NCBI GenBank assembly: GCA_964658305.1
Contig: OZ210885.1
Span: 17,732,001 to 17,796,000 of the forward strand
Length of the DNA stretch: 64,000 nucleotides
Direction of reading: 5' to 3'
From: Leptogorgia sarmentosa
Lineage: Eukaryota
Below are positions 25,278 through 38,186 of the stretch, one piece after another. The first letter of the stretch is position 1; every line of letters starts with the position of its first letter. Under the pieces are notes generated by a model. It made no database searches and was not told the DNA's origin. It was given only the letters and a program-made list of their open reading frames with translations. The position numbers and the translations under genes were made by a program.

Positions 25278-25680
25278 GCCAATTAACTTTAAGAATATCG
25301 AAAACCACATAAAACACCGAATGTTTTTATTATAATGTATTATTTGTAACTCGCCGATAATTTTTGAAAATCTAATGCATTTACAAATAATAGAGTCTTT
25401 AAAGTGTCACTGAGACGAAAATTTACCTCTGAATTTTCAACAATTTTACATGCAGCTGATTTAGATATATGTAATTAACCAGTATTTAAAATTTGAGTTC
25501 ATTTGAGCTCATTTGAGCATATAGTTTAAAAGATATAAGCCTTCAAAAGTGGTTAAATTTGCGTCCGCCATTAAAATTTTTCACACTGGCATGCAAGAGG
25601 TTGTGATGTCAAATTCTTAACACAAGTACGAAACACGACACAATCGCCATTGCGCTTATAGTAAACAGGGCCTTTTTAAG

Positions 25681-26555
25681 ATGTCGAATTTAGTAGAATC
25701 TAGTTGTTCGTCTGACTTGTGGAGTGAAACAGAGTCATCATGCGATTCGTCGGAGTACTTTACCGCAAATTCAGGCGAATCTGAATCAGAAGTTCTCCCG
25801 TACGATGACAATATCGAACCTCTTGCTTCACCCGAAGAAATTGCGCAGTACGAACAAGCTGTTGCTGAAGAACAGCACAATGAAAACATTTTGCAACGGC
25901 GCTCTAATGCTGAGATTGAGGTTGCTTCTTGGTATGTGTATTTTAACATCTACTTGTTTAAATAGGGATAGAAAGTACATTCGCGATATGATTTTATACG
26001 AAGTGTAACACGGGGGTTTGTTCGATATTTACATACTTTACGTATTTATTTATATAGGTGTGAGTGTGGCAACTGTTGACTAGATTTGGTAGTGAAACAT
26101 GAAGAGTGTCGATGCTGTATGGAAATCCAGGCATGTCGCGACAAAATGTATCGCTTCGAAACAGAAGACGAAAAGAAATGCATCAGAGAACACCCAGGAT
26201 TTAACGAGGTTGTTTTGAATGAGTGGGTTTTGGAGCATGCTGCTTTGGGGTTGAAGACAAAGGGGCACAGGAGCTATGCTTCTGTGTTTCAACAAGGACA
26301 AAAGACCAGATCAGAGTAAGCTTTGGAATGGTAACTTTCATGAAAAAAATTGTTTGTATGTTAACGTGATAAATATATATTTACAGGTTTTTACGCGCAG
26401 TATCTTACAGGCAATTGGTGCGGCTTGTATGGGATTTTACAGGGAGCTCCAGACATCTTCCGTTGCCTTCATGTTGCTACAATGCCATAAGAAAAGCATT
26501 CCCCAACTCAGAAAACCAGGAATATAAAGGCTTCAAGGAAGACGAAGATGTTTGA
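25681..26555 (+). pseudogene. KolX accessory gene (Cys-rich, P2X7 C-terminal ballast-like); exons 25681-25931, 26058-26315, 26387-26555
   Basis: Spliced translation WCECGNC*..EECRCCMEI..CIREHPGF..FLRAVSYRQLVRLVW..LPSCCYNAIRKAFP; GT-AG introns in frame; one in-frame TGA at 26077-26079. Confidence 0.8.
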
Positions 26556-29500
26556 TCAGGTATCTGTGGTTTCTAATCCTGAACAAGCCCCTCTCTTGTG
26601 TCCTTTCATTAGGTTTCCACATCTTGAACATTTCGGTGTTTTCCTTCCTCGAGCGGCTTTTGTTGGTTTTAACAATGCCTGAAGCTCGGCTTCTAAGATA
26701 ATAAACAACATTTATAGTTAATATTATGGGTGTGACTTTAATTTATGTGTGCACAGCGAGTACAAATATTACCTGTACATGTTGGTGGGCAATCAAAATT
26801 AAGTTTTCTCTTACGAGCACGAAACAAATCAATCGCCTCTTGTCTTGGTTGTCTTTCAGGCAGCATCGAATGAAGAGGACCAGGGTTTTCTTCCTTTAGT
26901 TCCTGCTCAATTTTCTCTAGTTCCTCCCTGGGGGTTGTGATAAGTTCTTCATAAATGTCTGATACATAAGCTAGATAAAGTAGGATACAATACATGATTA
27001 CTGATTAGAACATTATAGCAGCTTTATTCCAAAATGGCTATTGGAGATATCAAACATACAAAAGTCTTGTTTTGCCCGTAAATGTCGAACTGTTCCTTCA
27101 CCCTCTTTGTATTTCATGTAGGTAACTCGAAGGCGATGTTGTCCATTCTGGTCTAGCTTATTCTCACGCCGCAGGTTATAATTGAAATGTAATGCAGCAA
27201 GAATGGACCTACAAAATTTATCAAATGATAAAAGTGTTTACACTAAAGAGAACTACATAGTCATTCTTATTGTATTTACTGGTCAGCTCACCTACAAAGC
27301 ATTCCAGAGTATGAGAAATGAGTCATTTTTGGTGAGAATTGGTTAACCACAGAATGATATCCCTCAAGACAACTAGTCTGGGCCATAGATGATGCCTGTT
27401 TGACAGCCTTGACCATTTTGGTTGAACAAAGAGCATCTTTTATTTTCTCCAGGGCTAAAGATCCTACCATAAAAACATCCAACAGGTTTGTTAAATTTTT
27501 GATGGATCAATATATGGTTTACCAGCTTTATACCCTTACCCTTAGTTGACCAAACACGTGGCTTTATTATATCACTATGGGCACATCTCGGACTCAAATT
27601 TAGCCCATTTCACTTCTCCATTTCCAGAATGAGTTGATGTCGCAGCCCAGTAAAAGTGTCGCACACACACTTTTCTCCATCTGCCGATAACTTCAAGTTC
27701 TTTATCTTTGGCCAAATTTATAAGGGTTTTTTGAATTTCTAGGTAAAAATGTTGTCTATTATATTTAACATTTTGTAGTATCAGACAGGGCTATTCAATG
27801 AACACAATTATTTGATAAATCTTACTTTTCCCAATGTGCCATAAATCAAAGAAATGCTTAATCACAGGTTTCCCCAATGTCTTGCAAATTTTTGGGCACT
27901 CCTCTCTCATCCACTTTGTGATAGTTGCATGTCTGTCAGATATGAAAGCAGTGATGATTAATCCAGTGCTTAATAAAAATTTTACAGCTTTCTGGTGTCC
28001 AAGAGCTTCCATCGCAGAACTGCTGCCAGCCTGGTTTGCCTAAAAATACAATGTATACTCATTGTAACTATAACTGAAAGTGTTTATCAACATAATTGGT
28101 GTGCAATGCAGTGCTACCTGGAGTAGTACAATGTGGATAATTAACCCAACGGTACAACAGAAAACGGTATAGGTCCCATATTTTGCAGAGTGCCCCATGC
28201 TGTCATGTCTTCCATCACCAGCCAATATGACTTCTTTACCATTTAATGACTCCAAAATTTTTTTTTGATAGGAACGCCAGTATTTAACAATTGATGGGAA
28301 GAGGAGATGCCTTTGATGGTAGTAATAAGTAACTTCATTATATCCTAACAGACCCATATGCTTAAAGACTCGAAGTACTTTTGTTGTTGATGCACCAGCA
28401 GAAAGAATTGCAAAACTTAACAGGATGTTCCCAGCAGGAAATTTCCCAAGAAGGTGAGGTTGACTCTTCCAAGTCATAGTATCATTACAGAAATTACATT
28501 TTGATTCAAGGGTGAGCATGGTTCCAGACCGAGCAACAGATACACGGGGTTTTGAAGAGAAACATTTATGGCAATGTTGAAACAGTAACAGCAACTGTGA
28601 AAGGAAAACAATGCCTTTGGGTTCTTCTCTCTTGTTCTTTCCTTGATATAATAACCTTAAAATACATAAAGCATGTGAATGCAATTATCAAAGTGTATTT
28701 CAATCTTATAGGTTATCACTGTTATGCTCATTTCAACTAACTCTGCTCTTGGTTGTGAGTCATTGTCATCAGCAGCCTTGTCGTATTCACTTTGCAGCTG
28801 CTGTGGTTTCCAAGTTGGATCCAGGGCTTCATCATCACAATCCATTTGGTCTTCTCCAGACACCTCGTTCCGTTCCTCCATCTCCTCCATTAACTCCTCC
28901 ACAACATTTGGAGAGCTGGTATGTTTGGTATCATCTTTCACAAATTAAAAGTAATTTAGGTCAAAATAATTCACCAAATTTAAAGTACACACTATAGCAG
29001 CAAATATGTAGAATAATTTGTGTTTATACTTACTACATTTGCTTTCATTAGTTTCTTTTTCTAATTTTTGAAAAGCATCAACCCATCTTGCTTGGTTCTT
29101 TGTCATTTTTTTTTTCCAGTTGGCTGATCTTATTTTTCAATTCATGGATTGAGTTTTCTTTATCCTTGCAGGGCTTACATTGAACCAGCTCATGAAGTTC
29201 CTATTTGATTAGAAAGTAGTTTGCTCAGATTTTCGCATTGTTATTCTACTACGTTTTTTTGTGACATTCATGCTACATTCTGATACTATAAAGAAGTAGA
29301 TTTTACCTCATTTTGTGTTGTATCAGGAGTCGTTACCAGTGCATCAGAGTGTGAGCTGCTGGTAGGACTTGAAACCTAACAAAGTTGCAATATATTGTGA
29401 ATTGTGCAACAATCATTACATACCATAATTTACATCATTATTATATGGCAGTTTTCTGGCTTACCGTAATGTCGCTATTTTCCAACAAATTTTCACTCTT

Positions 29501-29932
29501 TGTATCTTCTTGAAGAATATCTTTTATAATCTTAGCAGTAAAGTAAAAATAAATTAAATACATGAACTTAGTGTATTTGTTTATTGTACATGAATATAAT
29601 GTACACCTACTTACTTTACGACGCTGTCTTGGTGAAAATTCGTCCTCGTCCGAAAATTTGGCTTTCCAAACAGTTGGTATAGCTCCCAAGTTTAGGCGAC
29701 GCGTTACTCCTTGTATATGGTACGCACATTGAAAACTATCCGCGGAAAAGTGTTCAGAACAAACGATAAAGCGAGTCTCGTCTGGCGGGTTAAAATTCGC
29801 GCGCTTAGTCCGAACAAATCGAACCCAGTTTGGTCTTGCCGTTTTATTTTTTGGACTTATATGCAAGGATATCCCTGCAGTAGCATTTGATTCGTTGCTA
29901 CAGTCCTGTACAACACAGTGCGTTGAGGGCAT
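26556..29932 (-). pseudogene. Kolobok transposase: THAP exon, DDE core, C-terminal CCHC; multi-exon, partly degraded
   Basis: THAP MPSTHCVVQDC..W..CSEHF..AIPT; GDGRHDSMGHSAKYGTY; SDRH; FDLWH; TSCLEGYHS; CSRCGNLMKGHKRGAC. Confidence 0.85.
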
Positions 29933-31046
29933 AGTGTGTTTTTAATTTAAATTTAAATAATTCACGTGTATTAAAATACTATGCGCTCCCATATAATTCT
30001 CAACATGAGACTTTGTTGTGTTAAGAAAATGACGTCACACTTCCGTTTTGATGGCTTTGAAAAAAATTTAATGGCGGACGGCAAATTCGGTATTTCAACT
30101 TGTCATAACTCCGCTGCTTTTGAGAATTTTGACCTAAAACTTCGAACAGAAGCTAATACGTAGGTTTACTTTACAATTATGGAATAAAAATAGAAGGGAA
30201 AAATTTCGTCTCAGTGACACGTTAAGATGAATGTTGCATATATTGAATTTTGTCAAATGTATTTAAACTGTTTGGCAGTAACTGTATGATAATATAACAG
30301 AAAGGATAATGATAGCAATTGGTCAAACAATATTTTTTTAAAATTAAACTAGTTTCTATTGCACATAGTACATGCACTGTAAAAATTTTCATAATCACAT
30401 TGATAGGTATGGACACAAAATGCACAATGGTATTAAAATGTAAAAATTGTATTGAAGTTATATCCATAAAATTACAAGTACTGTAAATGTTAAAATACAG
30501 TACACAAACCGAATGTTTAGTCAGTTGTTTATTATTCAAACACACATCCATCCCCTACACTTGAGTTGGCATGGCTGTCAAAATTATTGTAGAGCCCTTC
30601 TAAGAGAAACACTTGATAGCAGGTATTTATTATAGGCTACAGCAAATTTGTTTTGGACACTCACTTTACATATATATCCGTACTCATGCATGTACTTGCA
30701 TTATTATTATATGAAAGAATTTGTAGATTCTGATTGGCTAGCCCTCATGTTTCAAATCTATGGTCGCATCATATGAGCGTTTTCATTTATGTTATGACAT
30801 CAACTCCTGATGAAGCAGGAATGTAAAACAACACAAATGGCTTCCTCAAATATGTGCTACAACCTAAATTCTTCCATTGTTTCAAATAATAATAAAACAT
30901 AATATCAATTTTGACTTTCACAAGATATGAAGAATAAGCAAGCCTCAGTTTGTCATTCTCGACCTCATTATTATAATAATTGGATTATTGCATGTGGAAA
31001 TGCCTTCAAAGTGTTTTTGCTACAACAGTATACAACCTTACTAAAC

Positions 31047-31366
31047 TTACAAGTTCTCCATATCAAGTGATAAACACTCGAAGCACGTACAATCATTTTC
31101 ACAAACATTACAACAAACATGCAATGGCTTTATCAAAATATCCTGTTCATAGTCCATTGACTTTAACATCAATTTTCTTAGGCATTGATTGTTACTTGAG
31201 CAGAAATGACGCATATCATTCTGCATGCCCACTCTATTTTTTGCAATATCCCGGTTGTTATAGTACAAGCAAGCCCATGAAGGATTGCCATCTCTCCCAG
31301 CACGTCCAGTTTCTTGCATGTAAGTTTTTACTGTAGTTGGAGGTCCAATATGTACAATGTGGTGAA
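31047..31366 (-). pseudogene. RecQ-like helicase C-terminal fragment (probably from an AcademH-type transposon)
   Basis: HIGPP..YMQETGRAGRDG (helicase motif VI), then CLRKLML..CCNVC zinc-binding region. Confidence 0.7.
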
Positions 31367-31545
31367 TTACGCCCCAACTCGGACCTTAGAATTCCTGGGA
31401 ATTACGGGGTGACTCGGTTGCAAATGTCTCTCATTTGCAAAATTTGTTGAGTGGGGAAAGGTCAACTGTACGGCGCGGTGAACCATCATGCTTGCGTGTG
31501 ACAACCATGCAGTGACACCATGTCACTGGTTCACCATAAGGTACC

Positions 31546-32652
31546 CAGTGGCGTAGCCAGACCTTCCGCTTTGGGGGGCGAGTTCGGGGATCCAGGATGG
31601 ACGCACCCCCCCTGAAATTTTCTAAATCTTCATTTCCCAAAATTGCAATTTCCGGACGATATTTTGCAGAATAAATTTAAATGTTTAGGCTTTATATAGA
31701 TTATTAAAGATAACAATTTGCCACAAAGTAAATAGAAAACAAGGTTTTCACAATAATGTACTCCACAAATGAGTTTATATTTATTTGAAATGTATGTCTC
31801 TTGGTTGGCAAGGACCTTTCCTGATAACATGGTCCGTGGCTTCCATAGGCATATGAGGGGGTGGGGCTGGGGGGCTGCAGCCCCCCCAAATTTTTTGAGA
31901 ATTCATCTATTCGGGCAAAAATTGTCTTGTCATTCGGGCAGCGACGGTCTGGTGATTAGATAAAATGTTGTTACGCTAGTAACTTTCTCTTTCTCTGTAA
32001 ATCGTAATGAGTATATTTAGCTTATAATTGAAATGGCTAGGGACGACATATTTCTTTTAATATCAATCTTCAAAGGAAAGCTTTTCATTTATAGTATTCT
32101 CAGATTATATAATATTATGATGACGTCACGAAATCTATGACGTCATATGTAATTCGGGCAAATTCAGCCCAGCCCCCCCAAAAAAATGTGCCTGTACGCC
32201 TATGCTGGCTTCTCTTCCACTGGGCAAAGGATACGCAGGGTCGTACTCGTAAGATGAAAGATCTTGAGGAACAGTTCGCACAGACGCTTCAGCCATTTTT
32301 TTCATGTATATACATGATCTGCGCAGCCGCAGCCTGCACTACAGACTGTTGACATTCACACGGTCACACCGCAGTTGTCACACGAAACAATTTGCAATGA
32401 CAGATTGATAGTTGCCGTTGAGACTTGAAGTCGAAGCTTAACCAGGAAGCGCGTAATCAATTTATTAGCTTTGTGTACTATAGCTAGCTATTTTCGCACA
32501 AGCAATTGATAGTAACTTTCTTATGTCTACTGTTGACTAAGTCTAAAACATACCCCCCCCCCCCAAACAACTTCTGCACGGATTTGGACTTTTTACGAGA
32601 ATGGTCTTGGAAGCAATTGGGGGGCGGTCGCCCCCCCTTAGCTACGCCACTG
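31546..32652. mobile_element. Non-autonomous hAT element
   Basis: TIR CAGTGGCGTAGC / GCTACGCCACTG; 8-bp TSD AAGGTACC; the empty site is visible at about 44600. Confidence 0.9.
31844..32204. mobile_element. hAT-type MITE nested in the previous element
   Basis: Ends CATAGGC..GCCTATG; TSD GTGGCTTC / CTGGCTTC (7/8 match). Confidence 0.8.
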
Positions 32653-32999
32653 AAGGTACCCTTTCGATCACACCAAGGGCTTCATCCAGTAAGAGGTCGT
32701 CGTGGACACGATCCTGCCAGTGCAGGGGTATTGTGGCTGGTGTGTGGTACGCTTTAGGGGTTGCAGAAGGATCAATATGGATCTCTACAGGGGGACCGTC
32801 CATACAGGGTAGCGCACGGTGGGACTGACTGTTGTACAACTGGTAAATATATTTAAAAGGGGTGTATTACCAGTAGGGTGGCTTCCTCCACTTACTGCAT
32901 ATTAACAAACCTTAAAATTAAACTTATCCTTTAGGTGACCAGTCTGATGGTACTAGCTACTATAATGGAATGACTAGGAGAGAGACAAAGAACGGGTGA

Positions 33000-33325
33000 A
33001 GTGCTAGTGAGTCGAGCTAACCGATATCTTCAGAAGCTTTCATCTAAAATGCTGAAAAAAGGCTTTTGGCAGATCAGCATATTGATCATGCTAAATGGTT
33101 ACTGCAGCAGCACTTTGCTGGGTGTAAAGGGTTGCATTCTGTGTTAACTTTGAAGGAAAAACACCCCAGATTCAGAAAGGACAAAGGAGTTTGTACAAAT
33201 TATAAATGTTGGAGGGAAGTATTGGGTCACTCTCTCTAATATCAGCTGTGAATTGCTTAATACCAGTGCTTAATAAATGCAGACCAATGTGCAAATTGTG
33301 GTGAATGGTTTCACCGATCTTGAAA
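33000..33325 (+). pseudogene. Degraded Ulp1-type protease / PHD-like remnant (transposon cargo)
   Basis: Broken frames DQHIDHA..LLQQHF..QIINVGGKYWVTLSNI and C..CGEWFH..YCGNC. Confidence 0.4.
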
Positions 33326-33799
33326 GCATCCCAAGGAAAGTGGATGACAAAACTATATTTTATTGTGGCAATTGTAAGCTATAAGCTGTCTCAATACTCC
33401 CCAATCTGAGTTATCTCATTTTAGAATTACAACAGGAGATACCTCAGGAGATAAATAGAAATCTAATCTAATCTGAATTATATTGTAAGTTATAAACTTC
33501 TGTTTATATACTTATGGACATTTATATTTATCAAAATAAATAAGTTGTTCAAATGCAAAATTATACCGACATGTGTGTTCCATGAAATAACCTTTTAGTT
33601 CAACGGTTACTTTATTCATTTATTTACTATTGAGCATGAGGCACTCGCTGCTTTGCCTTCCCCAACTTCATCGACATTTACAATATATTGGGTATTTTGT
33701 CATTTTCTCTGGACAAAGCGTTTAGCACATATATAATGCGTTATTAGCTAATTACCGCCCTTACATGTTTTATATAGTATTCGTATTTTGTGGTCGTGT

Positions 33800-34023
33800 G
33801 TGGTGACCTTACACACATATCAGGTCAGTTAGGGGGCTAATCCCAACCCACCCTGTCAACATTCCCTGTGGGAGGAAACCAGAGTACCCGGAGAAAACCC
33901 ACGCCTTTCTGTAGAACGTTGACCAACTCTTTTCACATAAGTGTCATTGGTCCGATGTGAGGATCGAACCCACAATCTCAGAGGTAAAAGGCGCTTGCTC
34001 TGACGATTGCGCCACCAAAACCC
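33800..34023 (-). mobile_element. tRNA-derived SINE
   Basis: Minus strand has an A box (GGTGGCGCAATCG), a B box (GGTTCGATCC) and the GGGTTTTCTCCGGGTACTCTGGTTTCCTCCC core. Confidence 0.8.
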
Positions 34024-34199
34024 TCAAATTCCCCCAATCTACATTCACACATTGGAAAATGGCGATGTAAGCATTTAAAACGTTTTACCTTCAATTGATT
34101 TCAGAAAGGCAATAAACTTTGCCATCACTATCTCCTCTTTAATTCGTCTCTGGTTTCCTTCTGGTGAGAAAGAAGGCTTCAATGTCTTAACATATCCAA

Positions 34200-34816
34200 T
34201 TTATGCAAAGCTATAAATTGTGGTTAATGGAGTAATATGTTCAAGAAGATCTTATTTATGCCTCAAACGTCTGGTCAGTTATTAGCATAATTTCTTCAGG
34301 CATAATCAGGGAAGCCTCGCAAAAGTTCAAAGGCTTAGCCTGGTATTCGTACGACATCGCGTTTCGGAAGCTCGCGGCGAAAAATCCCGGGCAAAATTGG
34401 GGAGAATGGCATCTTCAGCTGTGGCTGGATAAGTTCAATGGACTTTCGAGCACCGCTGCAATCGATCTGACTGTGGCGGACGGCATGGAGCCTACGAACA
34501 CAACAAGACCAGAGCTAAACGAACTGATGACACTCCACGTCACAGAAAACACAAGTAAAGATTTTGTTGACAAATTAAAACCAGTAACACCAATTAATGT
34601 TAATCTACTTGAGTCCAACTAGGCCATACAATCGGGCCCTTCACCAGTCCTCCGTTGAAAAACTTTCAAATTTACCCCATCAGACTCGTCCCCAAAAAGA
34701 ACTCGTCCAAATGGTGAACAATCTACCACCTATCTGATCCAAAAACGTCCGACACAAGCATAAATGCCAACATTCCATCCGAAGACTACTCCCTGCAGTA
34801 CGTCAGAATTGACAAT
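34200..34816 (+). mobile_element. Ngaro-like tyrosine-recombinase retrotransposon, left part (gag end, RT start)
   Basis: WYSYDIAFRKLAA, PVTPINV and GPF..VPKK..SINANIP..SLQYVRIDN; continues in frame at 44062. Confidence 0.75.
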
Positions 34817-37089
34817 AGAGACCTTAAGATGCACGTATTTTTCGCAAACGTGTAACCGCTAACGGCTAGAAACCACGTGACCTAGAGCTTGCCGTCGCGT
34901 TTGCCGTAAATTACTCACGTTTTGAACACGAGGAGTGCTTTCTACAGGTATGTGATTTACCTCAGTGTTTTATTTAATGAATATGATTCTACTTCACGTT
35001 TATGAAGCAAAGAGAGACAATTAAACATCTTATCTTTTATTTGGTTGTATCTGAGCCGTTTATATCAGAAATTTTGCATTTTGAGCGCCTTTTACAACAG
35101 ACCATGTCATAAATTCAATTATACAACATGGCGCCGAATTTACTTACCGTAAATCTGACTAGATTGCAGACTGTAAACAAACATAAAAAGTTAAATGAAA
35201 GTTCTGAACATGTATGATGTATGATTTTAAAAGTTGGCAATTTAATATTTGTTTATTTTAAATCTTGTTTGAATCATTTTGAGTATTTTATTATTTACAT
35301 TGGAAAAATTCACAGCTTGCAGTCTTGCATCGTCATTTGTTACCTGTTTTGTTTACCACGTTTCTACAGCGATCGCTTATACTAGATACTTTAGTTGATT
35401 AAATGGAGGTTACTTGTATTTGTGCTAGGGTGGCTCCATTTAGATGGTGTGAAACCAGACACAACATTGCTTTAGCAATCGAGGTTTCAAAATCGAATCC
35501 TGTCAAGCCCAATGACTGGGATGAAATTGCAAAGAAATTGAGCACTGTTTTTACAGACGAATCAACAAAAGTAGAATTAAAGGGTAGAGGATGCAGAGAA
35601 AGAATGGATCAGTTATTGGACAAATACAAAGCTGAAGATGCAAGTTCACTAAAATGGTTAGTAAATTATTAAATGTTTATTTCTAGCAATGCATAGTATA
35701 TTTATATTATATGAAGCACGCCCTGTATATTCCCCTTGCTTCCATAGTATATCCAGGTCTGCAAGTGTAGAAATATATATGAATCGTGAAAATGTCTCTG
35801 ATCTGTGCTCATACTTGACTAGTTGACTTGACCATTATTAACATTTAGATCTGGGACAGAAGAAGAGTATGGTGAACTAAGCCAACTTCTTGAAGATATC
35901 TCCACATTTTGAAGGGATTTAGCTGAGCAGAAAAGAAAGGAGAGGGAGAACAAGACCAAAAAAGATGAAGAAAACCGAAAAGGTGCTGAAATGATCAAAC
36001 TTGCTGCCATGGAAGGGCTGTCTAGTGAGTATCATAAGCTTTCTGAAATTTGTAAGTAAATAAAAGGAGTTGTAATGCATCAGGATGCTAGCTTTACCAT
36101 GTACTAATTTTATAAACATTTTCCTGGAAGTCAATGTTTGACTAAAGGAACATGTAACAAAATTTGCCACTATGATTTCAAAAACCTTGATTACCGATAC
36201 TGTATTTATTAACTTAGAACGAAAAGTTAGTGGATCCTCAACTGATCTTTCAACTGACGAGAAAGAAAGTGAAGATGAAGATGGATTGAACTACAGTAAG
36301 ATCTTATGGAATATCCTTGATTTTTCCCAGATAATTTGTGAATTATGATGTTACACATGCTTCAAATTATAATCACTGCCTACAACTTTTGCCAAATGAG
36401 CTGGGAATATCCATGCTGGGAAATGACCAAGTACATGCAGTATTATATAGTTTGTGCATTGCTATTCTCCAATCATATTTTGGCTTCTATTGCATATTAT
36501 TCAAAGTGGCCAAAAACGTTCCACGGGAGCTAATTAAGACAGAAGGTAGGAAATAGTATGCAAATGGCCTAGCTAATGTATTCAAGACTATAAATACAGC
36601 AAACTCCAGCTTGTAGACCTCTTTTGGCGCAAAACCCAAGCACAGTACGATTGAAGAGAGTTCTTGATGGCACAAGTACCTGTGTTGCCACCGGTCGAAG
36701 ATGTTCTTGCCCCACCGCCACTTGTGGAGCAACAACCAGTGCTACAAGATCCTCCTGTGGCTGATTTAGAGGTAAATACTGTGATATTGTTTGTCTATTC
36801 ATATTGCTTTCTCACTCCCACTCACATCGCTGATCCCATTCCCATCCTATGATGGGGCGTGTAAAATTGTTTTCTTGTTTGCTCGGATACACATATACGA
36901 ACCTGGTGTCTTATCATACACTATTCACGCTAACAGGCACGTGTATCCTGAAGTTATGCTTACGGCCCTTTGGCAATATGTCACAATTTCACGCTCTATG
37001 AACACATAGCATGTTTACTGTGCTTGCCCTCTCTGGAGTTTGGCATTGACTGTATTCTCATGTCCATCAGAACTATGACCACCACTGTT

Positions 37090-37810
37090 GAGCTGTACTC
37101 GCGCCTGCCATATAGGTTTTCGCTGCATTTCACGTTCCGTGAAAATATTGCCGCGTTTACTGAGCTGGGCTCAGGTGGCACATGTTCGCTTCGGCTGAAT
37201 TTCATGTTCAGTGAAAATATATTGGCATGTTTACTGAGCTGGGCTCACGTGCCACATTTTGGCTTTGGCTGAATTCACATTCAGCGAACATCTAATATTG
37301 GCACGTTTACTGAGCTGGGCTCACGTGAAAATTTTTGGCTTTGGCTGAATTTCACGTTCAGCGAAAATATCTTGGCACGTTTTATAATGAGCTGGGCTCA
37401 TGTGCCACATTTTGGCTTTGGCTGAATTCACTTTCAGTGAAAATGTAATATTGGCACGTTTACTGAGCTGGGCTCACGTGAAAATTTTTGGCTTTGGCTG
37501 AATTTCACCTTCAGCGAAAATATATTGGCATGTTTACTGAGCTGGGCTCATGTGCCACATTTTGGCTTTGGCGGAATTCACATTCAGTGAAAATATAATA
37601 TTGGCACGTTTACTGAGCTGGGCTCACGTGCAATTTTTTTTTCTTTTTGGCTTTTCTTTTTGGCTGAATTTTACGTCCAACGAAAATATATTCACCACAT
37701 TCACTGAGTTGGGGCTAAGCGCCACATTTTGGGCTTTGGCTGAATTCGACGTTAGGTAAAGATATATTAGGCGTGTTTACTCGGATGGGCTCACGTGCCA
37801 TTTTTTGGCT
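37090..37810. repeat. Tandem array of about 9-10 units of 74-77 bp (core TTTACTGAGCTGGGCTCA..TTTTGGCTTTGGCTGAATT), alternating A/B variants
   Basis: GAGCTGGGCTCA recurs at about 37162, 37236, 37312, 37389, 37465, 37539 and 37615, with degenerate copies near 37706 and 37782. Confidence 0.92.
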
Positions 37811-38186
37811 ATATATATATATATATATATTTGTCATAACTAATGCACTTATGTTATACACCTGTACAGGGTCAAGTGAGACAATTACAGTTCAAATAAA
37901 ATCATTATTTATCATAATCCTTGTGTGTGCCTTCTTTTACCATTACCTCTTTCATGCGCACTCGCCTACCTCGACCAGTGAAGTGTTTCATTCCCAGGGC
38001 TATCTAAAGCCCTTTGTACTCGACTCTAGTAGTTGCGCCGGGATTGTTACTCTTTGCGGGTCCCCGGGACTTCGTGATTTATCCCAGTCTTTTCCTTTAC
38101 GTTTTTTACTCTAGTCGCCATCGAAACTTTCTCGTTTTGAACATTATGACGTACCAGAATGGGAAATTATTCCAGAATTCAACCCA

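Larger units (their letters stand above)
25403..30221 (-). mobile_element. Kolobok DNA transposon, both ends present
   Basis: TTAA at 25399-25402 and 30222-30225; TIRs AGTGTCACTGAGACGAAA / TTTCGTCTCAGTGACACG; subterminal inverted TCCGCCATTAAA motif; two convergent genes inside. Confidence 0.9.
31367..32840. repeat. Duplicated Ngaro-RT/Gypsy-pol junction (counterpart at 44430-44744), interrupted by nested MITEs
   Basis: Near-identical TTACGCCCCAACTCGGACCTTAGAATTCC...GGATCTCTACAGGGGGA at both loci. Confidence 0.9.

Noticed and set aside
24929..25317. Low-complexity ORFs (SSVCSV / GVFGVL / RCARCL)
   Set aside because: They are readings of the 9-bp minisatellite, open in several frames by chance.
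26077..26079. In-frame TGA in Cys-rich KolX as selenocysteine
   Set aside because: It follows the CGNC motif rather than replacing a Cys, and no SECIS is evident; a nonsense mutation is simpler.
25403..30221. KolobokP-type long terminal direct repeats
   Set aside because: The two ends share only inverted motifs; no long direct repeat is seen.
33940..34023. tRNA gene
   Set aside because: A and B boxes are present but there is no complete cloverleaf, and the sequence continues into a SINE core.
37090..37810. Possible CRISPR-like array next to an RT
   Set aside because: Whole units are homologous with no unique spacers, there are no cas genes, and the context is eukaryotic.
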